A stretch of DNA of 58,717 nt, from IMG/VR virus record IMGVR_UViG_3300045988_156049; one strand, given 5' to 3'. This stretch comes from a virus. Positions 39,716 to 48,792 of this stretch are shown here, in pieces. Under the pieces are notes generated by a model. The model saw only the letters and a program-made list of their open reading frames with translations, searched no databases and was not told the DNA's origin. The position numbers were made by a program, and so were the translations under genes. Each line of letters begins with the position of its first letter. Position 1 is the stretch's first letter.

Positions 39716-42466
39716 ATGGAGAAAGAAATAGCATATACGGGACAGACTGCTGCTCCGTCTGACTACGATTGCGTAGATGGCACTCTTGCTATGTCGATGA
39801 ATCTATGGACGGAGAACGGTTCTCTAAAGCCGGTATTGCAGCCGAAGAAGCTGTTCAATACTGGGGCTCCGGACCGTGTCGTCAGATACGTACATGCAAC
39901 AAGTGCGTTCAAACATTACATTGCTACGGAAATACAAGATGACGGCTTGGCTTTAAGCTATTTCTATCTCGACAAGAACGATGGCGAATATAAAAAAGTT
40001 GAATTTGACAGCGCGCTGAGATTCGAAGTGAACAGCATAAGCTCCATTGGTAATACCCTTGTCTTGCTTACTGATGAAGGCATGATGTATTATCTCTGGA
40101 AAGATGGAAAATATATGTCGCTCGGACAACATCTTCCTGATCTGCAATTGCAATTTTCTCTTAAATCGGAGATGATTCGCACTGATGAATTTACTCTGAA
40201 TTTTTCCAAAGACTATCAATATATTTCCGATTACTACGAGAAAGAATTCTCTACAGAAGATCAAGAGCAGGTGACAGCACAAGTCTTGGCAAAGGTGAAC
40301 AAGTTTATTGCTGATGAGTCAACAAACAAAGGAAGATTCATAATGCCTTTTTTTGTGAGATATGCATATAGACTATATGATGGCTCCTTGACTATGCAGT
40401 CCGCGCCGATTCTGATGATGTGCGCCACTGATGTCGCTCCGCAGGTTGCCATTACATCCGGACTGACAAATCCAATAAAGGCTAGGGTCGTCGGTGCTGT
40501 TCATGATTTACAATATTATGTCTCTGAGCCAGAGGAAATTCTTTCTGAACTACGTGCGTGGTCAGATATAATAACCAGTGTGGACATCTTCATCTCTGCA
40601 CCATTGTATAAATATGATGTTAACGGAAAATGCAAGCATTTCGGAGAACGCCTTCGGGGCTCAAGTATATGCTATCTCAAGAATCAGACGACATCTTTAA
40701 CAGATTATAGTCCAGCCATATCTATACCTATAAGATATCAGCCTCGAACTTTTTCATCAATGTATTACTATGCCTTTTATGATGAAAGACATTGGCCCGA
40801 ACCTAAAACCGTAGAACTTCCAACAAAAAAGGAAGAAGACTTTAACAAGGAAATTATTAGTTGCTCAAACTTTTATTTTTTGAAAAGTATTCCAATAAAG
40901 GATATGGTTGAGGGGGATTATGTGGAGCATAAAGTGGATGTTGACGAAGATTATTTACAGTCACTTGTTGAGCGGGAAGTCTTGCCTGATGATTATGACA
41001 GCCATGATACACTTGTTCCATCTAGAGCGTTTGTATACAATTCAAGGATGAACCTGGTGGATATGAAGAAATCTCTATATGGAGGATTCCGAAGTACAAC
41101 GTTGTTTAATCAGACATGGGGATACGTTATGCAATTCTATTCTTTTCCAGATATAATTGCAAACAAGGATCAATACCTTATGTATGACTCAAAAATTATT
41201 AGATATACATTTTACGTATCTGTCAGTTTGGAGTCCCAAAATGTTCGGGTCGTAAATTTTGCCGGATATGAAGGATATGGATTGCCGAACGTTCCCATTT
41301 GGTTTTATTATCCAAACCCGAATGCTGTAAGACTCTTTATCAAGGAGGACGACATCGATGCTAAAACAACTAGTATCCGTTCCTACCCTCTTTCCAAACA
41401 CGAGTTCTTGAATGGGGCTTACTATTTTGGTTCGTGGTATGATGGAACGGAGGAAAAAGACGTTCCGTCATTAACCAATGACACCATCTCAATTCCGAAC
41501 AAGATTTATACTTCCGAGGTAAATAACCCGTTTGTCTTTCCCGTTACAGGTATAAATACTGTCGGCACTGGAGAAATCCTGGGTGTCAGCACGACAACCA
41601 AGGCGCTGTCTCAGGGCCAGTTCGGTCAGTTCCCTTTGTACGCATTCAGTACGGACGGCATTTGGGCGTTGGAAGTATCCGCCACCGGCTCATACTCCAC
41701 AAAACAACCCGTGTCCAGGGATGTGTGCATAAATGCCGACAGTATCACGCAAATTGATAATGCGGTGTTGTTTGTTACGGAGCGCGGAATTATGCTGATT
41801 TCCGGTTCGGAAGTAATATGTCTTTCGGATATGATTGACAGCAAGAATGACAAACCATTCTCTCTGTTGGATTATAAAGGGAAGAATGTCCTTATAGGAA
41901 AGGATGAAATGAATATCTACGCATTGTTGAAATTCGAATCGTTCCTTCATGGGTGCAGAATGCTGTATGATGATACGTCCAGGAGAATCATTGTCTTTAA
42001 TCCGACAGTCAGATATGCTTATATCTATTCTCTGAACGGGAAGGCGTGGTCGATGATGCCGTCGAATATACGCAGCGCGGTGAAGTCTTATCCTGAAGCT
42101 CTGGCTTTGACATACGATGGTGATTTGCTGGACTACTCGAAACGAATCCCTAATGATGTCGTAAACAATCAAGTGATTATGACTAGGCCTTTCAAGCTGG
42201 ATATGCCGGATGTCCTGAAAACCATCAATACCATTATTCAGCGAGGCAATTTCAAACGAGGTCATGTGCAGCAGATATTGTATGGTTCAAGAGACTTGAT
42301 TAATTGGACGCCAATATATTCTAGTGTTGACCATTATCTTCGAGGGTTCAGCGGTACGCCATATAAGTATTTTCAGATAGCATTGAAATGTGCCCTTTCC
42401 GACGATGAAAGCCTTTCCGGAATGTCGGTAATATTTACACCGAAATTAGTAAACCAGATAAGATAA
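39716..42466 (+). CDS. Large virion protein (916 aa), tail hub/nozzle candidate by size and position
   Basis: A long ATG-initiated ORF ending the rightward structural block. No motif was recognised. Confidence 0.6.
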   Translation: MEKEIAYTGQTAAPSDYDCVDGTLAMSMNLWTENGSLKPVLQPKKLFNTGAPDRVVRYVHATSAFKHYIATEIQDDGLALSYFYLDKNDGEYKKVEFDSALRFEVNSISSIGNTLVLLTDEGMMYYLWKDGKYMSLGQHLPDLQLQFSLKSEMIRTDEFTLNFSKDYQYISDYYEKEFSTEDQEQVTAQVLAKVNKFIADESTNKGRFIMPFFVRYAYRLYDGSLTMQSAPILMMCATDVAPQVAITSGLTNPIKARVVGAVHDLQYYVSEPEEILSELRAWSDIITSVDIFISAPLYKYDVNGKCKHFGERLRGSSICYLKNQTTSLTDYSPAISIPIRYQPRTFSSMYYYAFYDERHWPEPKTVELPTKKEEDFNKEIISCSNFYFLKSIPIKDMVEGDYVEHKVDVDEDYLQSLVEREVLPDDYDSHDTLVPSRAFVYNSRMNLVDMKKSLYGGFRSTTLFNQTWGYVMQFYSFPDIIANKDQYLMYDSKIIRYTFYVSVSLESQNVRVVNFAGYEGYGLPNVPIWFYYPNPNAVRLFIKEDDIDAKTTSIRSYPLSKHEFLNGAYYFGSWYDGTEEKDVPSLTNDTISIPNKIYTSEVNNPFVFPVTGINTVGTGEILGVSTTTKALSQGQFGQFPLYAFSTDGIWALEVSATGSYSTKQPVSRDVCINADSITQIDNAVLFVTERGIMLISGSEVICLSDMIDSKNDKPFSLLDYKGKNVLIGKDEMNIYALLKFESFLHGCRMLYDDTSRRIIVFNPTVRYAYIYSLNGKAWSMMPSNIRSAVKSYPEALALTYDGDLLDYSKRIPNDVVNNQVIMTRPFKLDMPDVLKTINTIIQRGNFKRGHVQQILYGSRDLINWTPIYSSVDHYLRGFSGTPYKYFQIALKCALSDDESLSGMSVIFTPKLVNQIR

Positions 42467-42476
42467 AAGACAATAA

Positions 42477-42516
42477 AGCAGGACACGCCATTATTATGTG
42501 CTGTCCTGCTTTTTCT
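42477..42516 (+). terminator. Rho-independent terminator at the convergence of the structural and early operons
   Basis: AGCAGGACA-n16-TGTCCTGCT followed by TTTTTC. Confidence 0.7.
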
Positions 42517-42537
42517 GTCAGTGAATAACCGAGTTGA

Positions 42538-43047
42538 CTAAAACGGAGATCTTCCACGGTGTAGTTTCTTTCTGCGGATGCTCATGGTTTGCTTCAGCTT
42601 CAACTTTATGCTTTCAATTTCCGAGTACCATTTTGCAGCGCTCTCTGGTTTTGTGATGGAAAGCCAGTCGGACAACACTCTGCCGGTGACATATTCGTGC
42701 AGGAGGTTTGCTATCAGTTCTACCGTGGTCTGAGATAGATCTTCCGGAAATGCGGCAGTAATGACATATTCTTCTGGCGTTGTTGGCTCATTGTCGCAAT
42801 CCTCCGTTTGGATTTCCTGCTTGCTGTAGGGGTACAGCATTTCCCTGCACTCGGATACTGCCAGGTTCATCACCCTGTTTACTCTATCAATGTTTCCGTC
42901 CTGGGTTATGTCTATAAGGGCGGCTTTCGGTTTGCCTGTTTCGTCAGGCATCATGTTGCCCTCGATGTATGCGTTGTTGTCCGCATCATACAGGATCTGG
43001 GCTCTTTTCAATCTGAAATTGACTTCAGTTCTATTCTTCTCATTCAT
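42538..43047 (-). CDS. Hypothetical protein, member 3 of the paralogous family, on the opposite strand
   Basis: ...TVELIANLLHEYVTGRVLSDWLSITKPESAAKWYSEIES...RRKKLHRGRSPF. Confidence 0.6.
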   Translation of the reverse strand: MNEKNRTEVNFRLKRAQILYDADNNAYIEGNMMPDETGKPKAALIDITQDGNIDRVNRVMNLAVSECREMLYPYSKQEIQTEDCDNEPTTPEEYVITAAFPEDLSQTTVELIANLLHEYVTGRVLSDWLSITKPESAAKWYSEIESIKLKLKQTMSIRRKKLHRGRSPF

Positions 43048-43468
43048 GTTCTGATTGTTTTGTCGGATTATCTAAATTGTGTTGCAGGATAAGGATAATG
43101 GACTTTCCCAAGTTGTCAGACTCAATGCATGTCCCTGCCATGATCCGTGCGGTGTCGCCGCCGGAAATGGTCAAGACTGCATCACATAATTTCTTGCTGT
43201 ATGCTCTGAAATTTCTGCTTCCAGGCTTGCTCGGATAACATTGCCCTTCGTGTCTTGCTATCGTGCCTTCGACTTTGCGATGCCGTACATACAGGTGGCA
43301 GTCTGACTTTCCTTCAGCTATATCTATTACATCTCCTGGTTGCAGTTCGAGAACATCCGCTACGGCAGATGTTATATCAATCCGACCATTTTGGTAGAAT
43401 GTGATGTCCGGCTTTCGGGTGCTATCTCCCAGAAGCTTTTTTTTGATTTCTAAATGTTCCATAGCCAT
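43040..43468 (-). CDS. Hypothetical protein, possible AbrB/SpoVT-like N-terminus
   Basis: RIDITSAVADVLELQPGDVIDIAEG loosely resembles the swapped-hairpin AbrB motif. It overlaps the downstream gene by 8 nt. Confidence 0.45.
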   Translation of the reverse strand: MAMEHLEIKKKLLGDSTRKPDITFYQNGRIDITSAVADVLELQPGDVIDIAEGKSDCHLYVRHRKVEGTIARHEGQCYPSKPGSRNFRAYSKKLCDAVLTISGGDTARIMAGTCIESDNLGKSIILILQHNLDNPTKQSEHE

Positions 43469-43862
43469 TGGGTCTACATATCAAATAATACTTCATTCCA
43501 TTTTGCTTCTTTCCTATGACACTCAATTTGACGCAGATGTCGGGCGGGAGTCCATAGTCATAGAAAACTTTATTGATGGTCGGTATCAGACATTCGAATC
43601 CTACGCACTTGTACTTGCTGTTGTACATGATGTCGGCCATCTGGGTCTCTTGCTCTAGTTTCGGGTTGAATGTGAAAGCATATTGTTCGAATTCCGGAAT
43701 ATAGAAGGTGAAAACCTTCGCCTTCTCCATTTTTGAAATTCCGGCCCGGTTGAAAAGCCTTTTCGAAAACGTCACCGAATTGTCTTTCGCGTCAGCTATC
43801 ACATAACATGATTTCCAAACGGCGCGCTCGATGAACCATTTAATTGAAGTCAACAGTTTCAT
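43422..43862 (-). CDS. Hypothetical protein
   Basis: The track ORF begins at TTG 43916. The first ATG is at 43862 (MKLLTSIKWF...). Confidence 0.55.
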   Translation of the reverse strand: MKLLTSIKWFIERAVWKSCYVIADAKDNSVTFSKRLFNRAGISKMEKAKVFTFYIPEFEQYAFTFNPKLEQETQMADIMYNSKYKCVGFECLIPTINKVFYDYGLPPDICVKLSVIGKKQNGMKYYLICRPNGYGTFRNQKKASGR

Positions 43863-43875
43863 ATTGCCAGGCGGA

Positions 43876-44097
43876 TTAATAAGACACTCTTCTTGAACGG
43901 AATGATATTGTCTCAATATACTTGTAAGTTCGGTTAGTCTGAAGTTCTTCCTTGTGCCTTTCGGCTTCTTCTCGTGAACCGAAAATAAAGCTGCAAATAG
44001 AACAATCGGCAGTCCCGATCATGTTTACAATATTAGCATAGTACTTGTGCCCAAAAATATAGGCAATGACATGTTCCAGTACGGTTTCAGATAGCAT
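43876..44097 (-). CDS. Hypothetical small protein
   Basis: 73 aa with an ATG start. Confidence 0.5.
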   Translation of the reverse strand: MLSETVLEHVIAYIFGHKYYANIVNMIGTADCSICSFIFGSREEAERHKEELQTNRTYKYIETISFRSRRVSY

Positions 44098-44132
44098 AAT
44101 AGATAAATTTTAATGTTTCAATATTAAGTATT

Positions 44133-44561
44133 TTATTCAACTTCGGATAGATAAGTGTTTACCTCTAGTTGGAATTGTTCGAGCGACCTCACGATTAGAT
44201 ACCTGTATCCTTGTGCCTCGATGAGTCTCTGGTATTCCTTCTGTGACTCCTGCTGCCGCCCTGTGCGCGTTTTCAATTCCAGCATGAGCGCATGGTAGCC
44301 TTTTGACGGCACCAACAAGATCAAGTCCGGAAACCCGGGTTGAGTCCCCATCAGCTTGAATCTCGCGCCCTCGCGTGCATCCCTGCGGCCTCCGTTAGGG
44401 GAGTGGTGAAGCAGCCGCGCCAGTTGCGGGAATTGCAGACGAAACCAGCGGACACACTGCATCTGCAGGTCATCCTCCGCGTGCCCCGGATGCCGCCGGC
44501 GTTTCCCGGTCACTCCTCGCTGCCAGTCCTCGAGCGCTTTCAATGCTTCGATATAACTCAT
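44133..44561 (-). CDS. VRR-NUC domain nuclease
   Basis: LQMQCVRWF...SPNGGRRDAREGARFKLMGTQPGFPDLILL...MLELKTRTGRQQESQKEYQRLIEAQGY gives the PD..(E)xK with NGG-R and G-x-PD landmarks. The track start TTG is at 44567 and the ATG at 44561. Confidence 0.8.
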   Translation of the reverse strand: MSYIEALKALEDWQRGVTGKRRRHPGHAEDDLQMQCVRWFRLQFPQLARLLHHSPNGGRRDAREGARFKLMGTQPGFPDLILLVPSKGYHALMLELKTRTGRQQESQKEYQRLIEAQGYRYLIVRSLEQFQLEVNTYLSEVE

Positions 44562-44563
44562 AT

Positions 44564-44734
44564 TCAATCATTCAAGTAGTTCAATAATTCTTTCGCACGG
44601 CTGTATGATTCAAATCCTTTTACATTCACATACTCGCACGTGAATCTCTTATCAACACGGACCTGTACCCAATACACCGTGATAGGAATACAGCCTTTAT
44701 AGCTGCTGCCGCTTACAATCCGGTATCGTTTCAT
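44564..44734 (-). CDS. Small hypothetical ORF (56 aa), below the ORF-track size cutoff
   Basis: MKRYRIVSGSSYKGCIPITVYWVQVRVDKRFTCEYVNVKGFESYSRAKELLNYLND. It fills the gap exactly, with an ATGA overlap upstream. Its TGA (44564-44566) lies 2 nt upstream of the VRR-NUC ATG at 44561 and inside the alternative TTG start codon (44565-44567). Confidence 0.5.
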   Translation of the reverse strand: MKRYRIVSGSSYKGCIPITVYWVQVRVDKRFTCEYVNVKGFESYSRAKELLNYLND

Positions 44735-45084
44735 TCAGACCTCCTTTTCAGTTTGATAACAAAATACATTTTGCCCGGCTCTGCGCCCCATTCTTCTTTG
44801 CCGTTGCCGAATGTTATACTGTCAATTTCAAATGTCATTGTGATTTTTGTATAACCACGATGAAAGCGAACGTGCGTAAATCCTCGTGGATATGCCAACG
44901 GGTCCACACTTTTGCCAACCAGGAACCTGCGAAACACAAGCATTTCATAATCTCGCTTTATGGCTTCATAGTCTAACAGGCGTTTTTCCCAATATGGCTT
45001 AATCTCTCTGTATTCTTCCGTCTTTTCTCCGGAAGCAATCATGTCATACCATTTCCCTTTAAGAACCAAATCAAGTGTTTTCAT
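44731..45084 (-). CDS. ASCH (PUA-like) domain protein
   Basis: MKTLDLVLKGKWYDMIASGEKTEEYREIKPYWEKRL matches the typical ASCH N-terminal pattern. Confidence 0.55.
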   Translation of the reverse strand: MKTLDLVLKGKWYDMIASGEKTEEYREIKPYWEKRLLDYEAIKRDYEMLVFRRFLVGKSVDPLAYPRGFTHVRFHRGYTKITMTFEIDSITFGNGKEEWGAEPGKMYFVIKLKRRSE

Positions 45085-45088
45085 GGTT

Positions 45089-45613
45089 TCATCCTTTCAT
45101 AAAACATATCCAATGAGTATTTGACCGTTTCCCGGATATATGTCCGAATATGGGTTTCTCCGGAGTTAGTTTGAGAATTTCAGATACCTTTATGTCGATT
45201 TCGCTCCATTTGAATATGAGAAATCCACCTTTTTTCAAAACTCTGAAGCACTCCGAAAATCCTTTAGAAAGCATATCTCTCCAGTCAGAATAAAGTGCGC
45301 CATACTTTATTTGCTGATAACCGGTTGGTTTGGCTTTCTCATTAAGACTTCCATATATTTCAGCAAACTTTGAATTTCCAACATTCCTTAAAAGATGTGG
45401 TGGGTCGAACACAACCATTTGAAAACTTTCATCTTCGTATGGCATGTTTGTAAAGTCTGCTTGAACATCCGGCTTTATCTCAAAATAACGACCATCGCAG
45501 AGATGCGTGGAAATATTTCTAATGTCTTGAAATAACACTCTCTCATCATTTTTGTCATAGTAGAACATTTTCCCGCCACAACAAGCATCGAGTATAAGTT
45601 TGTCTGTTTTCAT
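45089..45613 (-). CDS. SAM-dependent DNA methyltransferase (amino-MTase with DPPH motif)
   Basis: Motif I is LILDACCGGKMF and motif IV is MVVFDPPHL. 174 aa. Confidence 0.7.
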   Translation of the reverse strand: MKTDKLILDACCGGKMFYYDKNDERVLFQDIRNISTHLCDGRYFEIKPDVQADFTNMPYEDESFQMVVFDPPHLLRNVGNSKFAEIYGSLNEKAKPTGYQQIKYGALYSDWRDMLSKGFSECFRVLKKGGFLIFKWSEIDIKVSEILKLTPEKPIFGHISGKRSNTHWICFMKG

Positions 45614-45667
45614 TTGAGTTTTATTGATAATTTTCGATTTTAAGGCAGGGCAAGCGCCCCGCCGTCG

Positions 45668-46189
45668 TTAGTAAAGAATGACCGGAACAGCCAGATACGA
45701 GTAGCACAAGCAGTCGTCTAAGCTACAACCTGCATTGCCGCTCGCAAGCCAACCGCTGATCCTGCTTTTCCTGGAACAAGACCATACGATAATGGTGAAG
45801 TTACTGAGCCGATCCGTTCCCTCTATTGTACCTGCAAGTTCGTCGATGTCATTCTTCTGGTCCTGAAGCTCAATTGCCGCAAGCAGCGTCGGCAGATGAA
45901 ACCTGCCGTACTTGTCCGAATAGAACTTGTGGACAAACTCAGCCGCAGGGCTTCCGCAGTCATGGAGCGCGTCAGTCAAGCACTCGTTTTCGGTTTCTTT
46001 AAGTGCAGCAACCTCTGTGACCGACGCCTGACCATAGTTCTCGATGTTTTCCCTCGGAAGCATCACCTCTTCTGAATACTTCGGATAGACGACTGCATTC
46101 TGTCCGTTCAACAACTCAATCTCGATTCCCTCGATACATTCGAGGCGATTCTGACCTTCAAGGCCTTTCTTGTAAATGATTCTTACCAT
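45668..46189 (-). CDS. Hypothetical protein
   Basis: 173 aa with an ATG start. Confidence 0.6.
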   Translation of the reverse strand: MVRIIYKKGLEGQNRLECIEGIEIELLNGQNAVVYPKYSEEVMLPRENIENYGQASVTEVAALKETENECLTDALHDCGSPAAEFVHKFYSDKYGRFHLPTLLAAIELQDQKNDIDELAGTIEGTDRLSNFTIIVWSCSRKSRISGWLASGNAGCSLDDCLCYSYLAVPVILY

Positions 46190-46191
46190 AA

Positions 46192-46533
46192 TTATTTTTC
46201 ATAATAAAACTTCCCATCCCACTCTTTCTCGATTAGGATTCCATATCTGATAGCCATTCGCGTAGCAAAGGTGCGCTTGTAATCAAGTTCTTCTCGCAGC
46301 CTTTTACGGAACTGCTCGACATTGGACATGCCTTTGTAGAAGTTGCACATGCGGCAGGATGGATTGTAATTCTCAATAGCATCTTCTCCAACGCGGCCCA
46401 CGTATCTCTCATTTCCTCGGCACTTTGGTTCGATGTGGTCAACTTGCATATCCTTATAGCCAATCTCGCAGCCGCAATAGGCACAATGACCGTTATATTT
46501 CGCATAGACTGCCTGCCGGATATTCTTATTCAT
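46192..46533 (-). CDS. HNH endonuclease
   Basis: GHCAYCGCEI...QVDHIEPK...NYNPSCRMCNFYKG. The track start TTG is at 46584 and the ATG at 46533. Confidence 0.85.
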   Translation of the reverse strand: MNKNIRQAVYAKYNGHCAYCGCEIGYKDMQVDHIEPKCRGNERYVGRVGEDAIENYNPSCRMCNFYKGMSNVEQFRKRLREELDYKRTFATRMAIRYGILIEKEWDGKFYYEK

Positions 46534-46564
46534 TTGAGTTTTAATTGTTTTTCTATTGCCATAA

Positions 46565-46864
46565 CTATTCCTCCATTGTATCAATGGCTCCTGACAAAAA
46601 AGCGGAAAACGTGTTTACAAACGATTCGTCATTATTGAGATCTCGTCGCTCCATCCTGGATAGTATAGCATGCGTCAGTTCATGCCAAAATGTTGCTCTC
46701 ATTCTGGATGCGGATAATCTGTTACCTTCTATCCCTTGAGCAATATCGATTACACCCTCTGCTCTCCAGCATCCGAAATCTTCGTTGTAGTTCAGCACGT
46801 CTTTAATGTTGACAGTATAGTCAATCCCTCCTACAGTCATCTTTTTTGGTATATTGAATTTCAT
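46565..46864 (-). CDS. Small HExxH metallopeptidase-like protein
   Basis: MRATFWHELTHAILSRMERRDLNNDESFV. 99 aa. Confidence 0.45.
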   Translation of the reverse strand: MKFNIPKKMTVGGIDYTVNIKDVLNYNEDFGCWRAEGVIDIAQGIEGNRLSASRMRATFWHELTHAILSRMERRDLNNDESFVNTFSAFLSGAIDTMEE

Positions 46865-47328
46865 GACTTTTTCAGTTTTTTAATTATACCCTTATACTTA
46901 TCGAAAGTTTCCGTGATGACTTTTTCGCCAATCGGATTTTCTCTTTTAGAATCTCGTTCAATACATTCTTCCAATGAGACATCAAAGAAGTCCTTAAATT
47001 CGAGAGTGTAACGTATTTTAGGATTTAGACCAAAAACAATATGGTTAAAGTTGTCTATTTTTCTTTGAACATCATCCCAATTCCAATCATTAAGATTCAT
47101 ATTATCTATAACAATATCATATCCAAAGAACATCGCCTTACTGAGAAACCCCAACCTTGATTCAGAAACAAGATGCTCTCTTTCAGGTGCCCAATAAGGC
47201 CCCAACATCCTACGGAACTCGTCATTGTTCCAACGGACTCTATGAGCTGGATCTTCTTCGACCCATTTCTTGGCCCAAGTAGATTTACCTGAGCCTTGAA
47301 TCCCACGTGTTAAAATTATTTTCGGCAT
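46861..47328 (-). CDS. Polynucleotide-kinase-like P-loop kinase (T4 Pnk kinase-domain type, no fused phosphatase)
   Basis: MPKIILTRGIQGSGKSTWAKKW ... RWNNDEFRR ... IVIDNMNLN ... ECIERDSKR parallels T4 Pnk KIILTIGCPGSGKSTWA / NRDDYR / ISDTNLN / RNSKR. Confidence 0.7.
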   Translation of the reverse strand: MPKIILTRGIQGSGKSTWAKKWVEEDPAHRVRWNNDEFRRMLGPYWAPEREHLVSESRLGFLSKAMFFGYDIVIDNMNLNDWNWDDVQRKIDNFNHIVFGLNPKIRYTLEFKDFFDVSLEECIERDSKRENPIGEKVITETFDKYKGIIKKLKKS

Positions 47329-47331
47329 AAT

Positions 47332-47559
47332 TTATTCCTCCATTGCTTTTATAAAATCTTCTACACAGATAGTTACAACGCCATCATTTGTTTTTAGACC
47401 TTGTTTCACAAGCCATGAGGTAGCTTTTACTATCATCCATTCCGCTCCTGCTTTGAAACCATCATATTTGCCAATCATCCTTGCCGTGGTGGTGACTATA
47501 CCTTGCAAAGATGGGTTATCATAGCCAGCAAACTCTTTTGCTTTTTCTTCTATTTTCAT
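47332..47559 (-). CDS. Hypothetical small protein
   Basis: 75 aa, coupled to its neighbours. Confidence 0.55.
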   Translation of the reverse strand: MKIEEKAKEFAGYDNPSLQGIVTTTARMIGKYDGFKAGAEWMIVKATSWLVKQGLKTNDGVVTICVEDFIKAMEE

Positions 47560-47762
47560 GATTTAGTCCTCCTTTTTTGTAATTCTTCAATAAGAGCATC
47601 AGCAACTTCCACTGCATCTGCTGAGCAGCCTTGTAGTGTTCCCTGACGCATCATTCTGTCAGAATTTGAGTAAAACGCCGCAAGTATATCTTTTGCTATC
47701 TCATATCGACGTTGCTCCCAGTCAATAGTAGTTTGTTCTTGCCAGATATCACCTGTACACAT
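47556..47762 (-). CDS. Hypothetical small protein
   Basis: 68 aa with an ATGA overlap. Confidence 0.55.
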   Translation of the reverse strand: MCTGDIWQEQTTIDWEQRRYEIAKDILAAFYSNSDRMMRQGTLQGCSADAVEVADALIEELQKRRTKS

Positions 47763-47765
47763 GAT

Positions 47766-48257
47766 TTATTCCTCCCACCATTTATAGTAATCTGGGCAAT
47801 CGTCAGAAGTGGCAACCAAATGTTTAGTTTCATCATTGTAAGGGATACATTCATAACCAATCATACCTGTACAATACACTTTTTCGTTTTCTGGTTCCAA
47901 CGATATGTCGCTGAAAAAGTCGCAACCCCATTGTCCGCCCGGGCGTTTGATTAGCACCTTGTCAAACGGCTTCAAGTCTGTCGGGTCGAACTTCGGGCCC
48001 TTGAACTTGCTCCAATCGTGTTGGTTTTTGGATGGAAAGATGACGCATTCAGCGCCTTCCTCATCAGTGCACCTACCATTCGAGAAAAGAAATATACTAT
48101 CCCACAAAAACGCCTTTATGACTATTGGCATATATGCTTTCCCTTCTATTCTTTCCTTAATTTCCACCAAAAACACATCACCCCATACAGGAGACCAAAA
48201 TTTGGTTCCTGCCGGACAATGCTTCAAGATCTCACAGAGATTAAGATTCTCGTTCAT
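47766..48257 (-). CDS. Hypothetical protein
   Basis: The ATG at 48257 (MNENLNLCEIL...) follows the upstream stop in a TAGTTATG junction. The track start at 48293 is TTG. Confidence 0.6.
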   Translation of the reverse strand: MNENLNLCEILKHCPAGTKFWSPVWGDVFLVEIKERIEGKAYMPIVIKAFLWDSIFLFSNGRCTDEEGAECVIFPSKNQHDWSKFKGPKFDPTDLKPFDKVLIKRPGGQWGCDFFSDISLEPENEKVYCTGMIGYECIPYNDETKHLVATSDDCPDYYKWWEE

Positions 48258-48259
48258 AA

Positions 48260-48400
48260 CTATTCCTCCGTTTTGATTTTGGCTTTGTCGCAAGTGAACT
48301 TAAGTTGGCATTTCTTGCACTCGTCATCACTCGGAGTGCAGGCAATCGGGAAATTAACGAATCGCTTATCCTTTTTGCTATACATTTTTACTTGTGCCAT
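48260..48400 (-). CDS. Small Cys-rich ORF (46 aa), below the track cutoff
   Basis: MAQVKMYSKKDKRFVNFPIACTPSDDECKKCQLKFTCDKAKIKTEE, with four Cys residues and TAATTATG / TAGTTATG junctions on both sides. Confidence 0.5.
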   Translation of the reverse strand: MAQVKMYSKKDKRFVNFPIACTPSDDECKKCQLKFTCDKAKIKTEE

Positions 48401-48402
48401 AA

Positions 48403-48561
48403 TTATTCGTATTTATATTTCCAATCCTTGCAAACAAGGCTCTTTCTATTAGTGGGCTTATCTTTAAGCCCGCACATAGATATTGCAAACGGCTTTGGAG
48501 CCGGAACATAGTATTTGCAATCAAGGCATCTCGCCTCTCTTATGTATTCTATTATTGCCAT
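48403..48561 (-). CDS. Small Cys-rich ORF (52 aa), below the track cutoff
   Basis: MAIIEYIREARCLDCKYYVPAPKPFAISMCGLKDKPTNRKSLVCKDWKYKYE, with CxxC plus two further Cys residues. Confidence 0.5.
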   Translation of the reverse strand: MAIIEYIREARCLDCKYYVPAPKPFAISMCGLKDKPTNRKSLVCKDWKYKYE

Positions 48562-48563
48562 AA

Positions 48564-48788
48564 CTATTCCCCCTCAAAGTCTCTTTCGCAAGCCTCATAG
48601 CACAGGCAAGCAACCTTTGCGAAGGTCCTGGCAAGTTTGCGCATTTCATCTTTTGGCATCGTGAACCCCTCATCGTTTTCACGAACCTGGTCATTGATAA
48701 TGATGCGGAAATCTCCGCGTTCGGAGGTAAACTCAATGGTTGCCTTGTTGAGCTTCTCCACTTTTTGAATTTTGCTTTTCTTTTCCAT
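48564..48788 (-). CDS. Hypothetical small protein
   Basis: The ATG at 48788 (MEKKSKIQKV...) lies 4 nt after the upstream stop. Confidence 0.55.
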   Translation of the reverse strand: MEKKSKIQKVEKLNKATIEFTSERGDFRIIINDQVRENDEGFTMPKDEMRKLARTFAKVACLCYEACERDFEGE

Positions 48789-48792
48789 ACTT

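Noticed and set aside
39716-42466. The 916-aa protein as a tape-measure protein (which would imply a long-tailed phage)
   Set aside because: It has no extended coiled-coil or Gly/Ala-rich tape-measure character and no chaperone frameshift pair upstream. The gene set looks more like a short-tailed phage with internal cargo proteins. Its function is left open.
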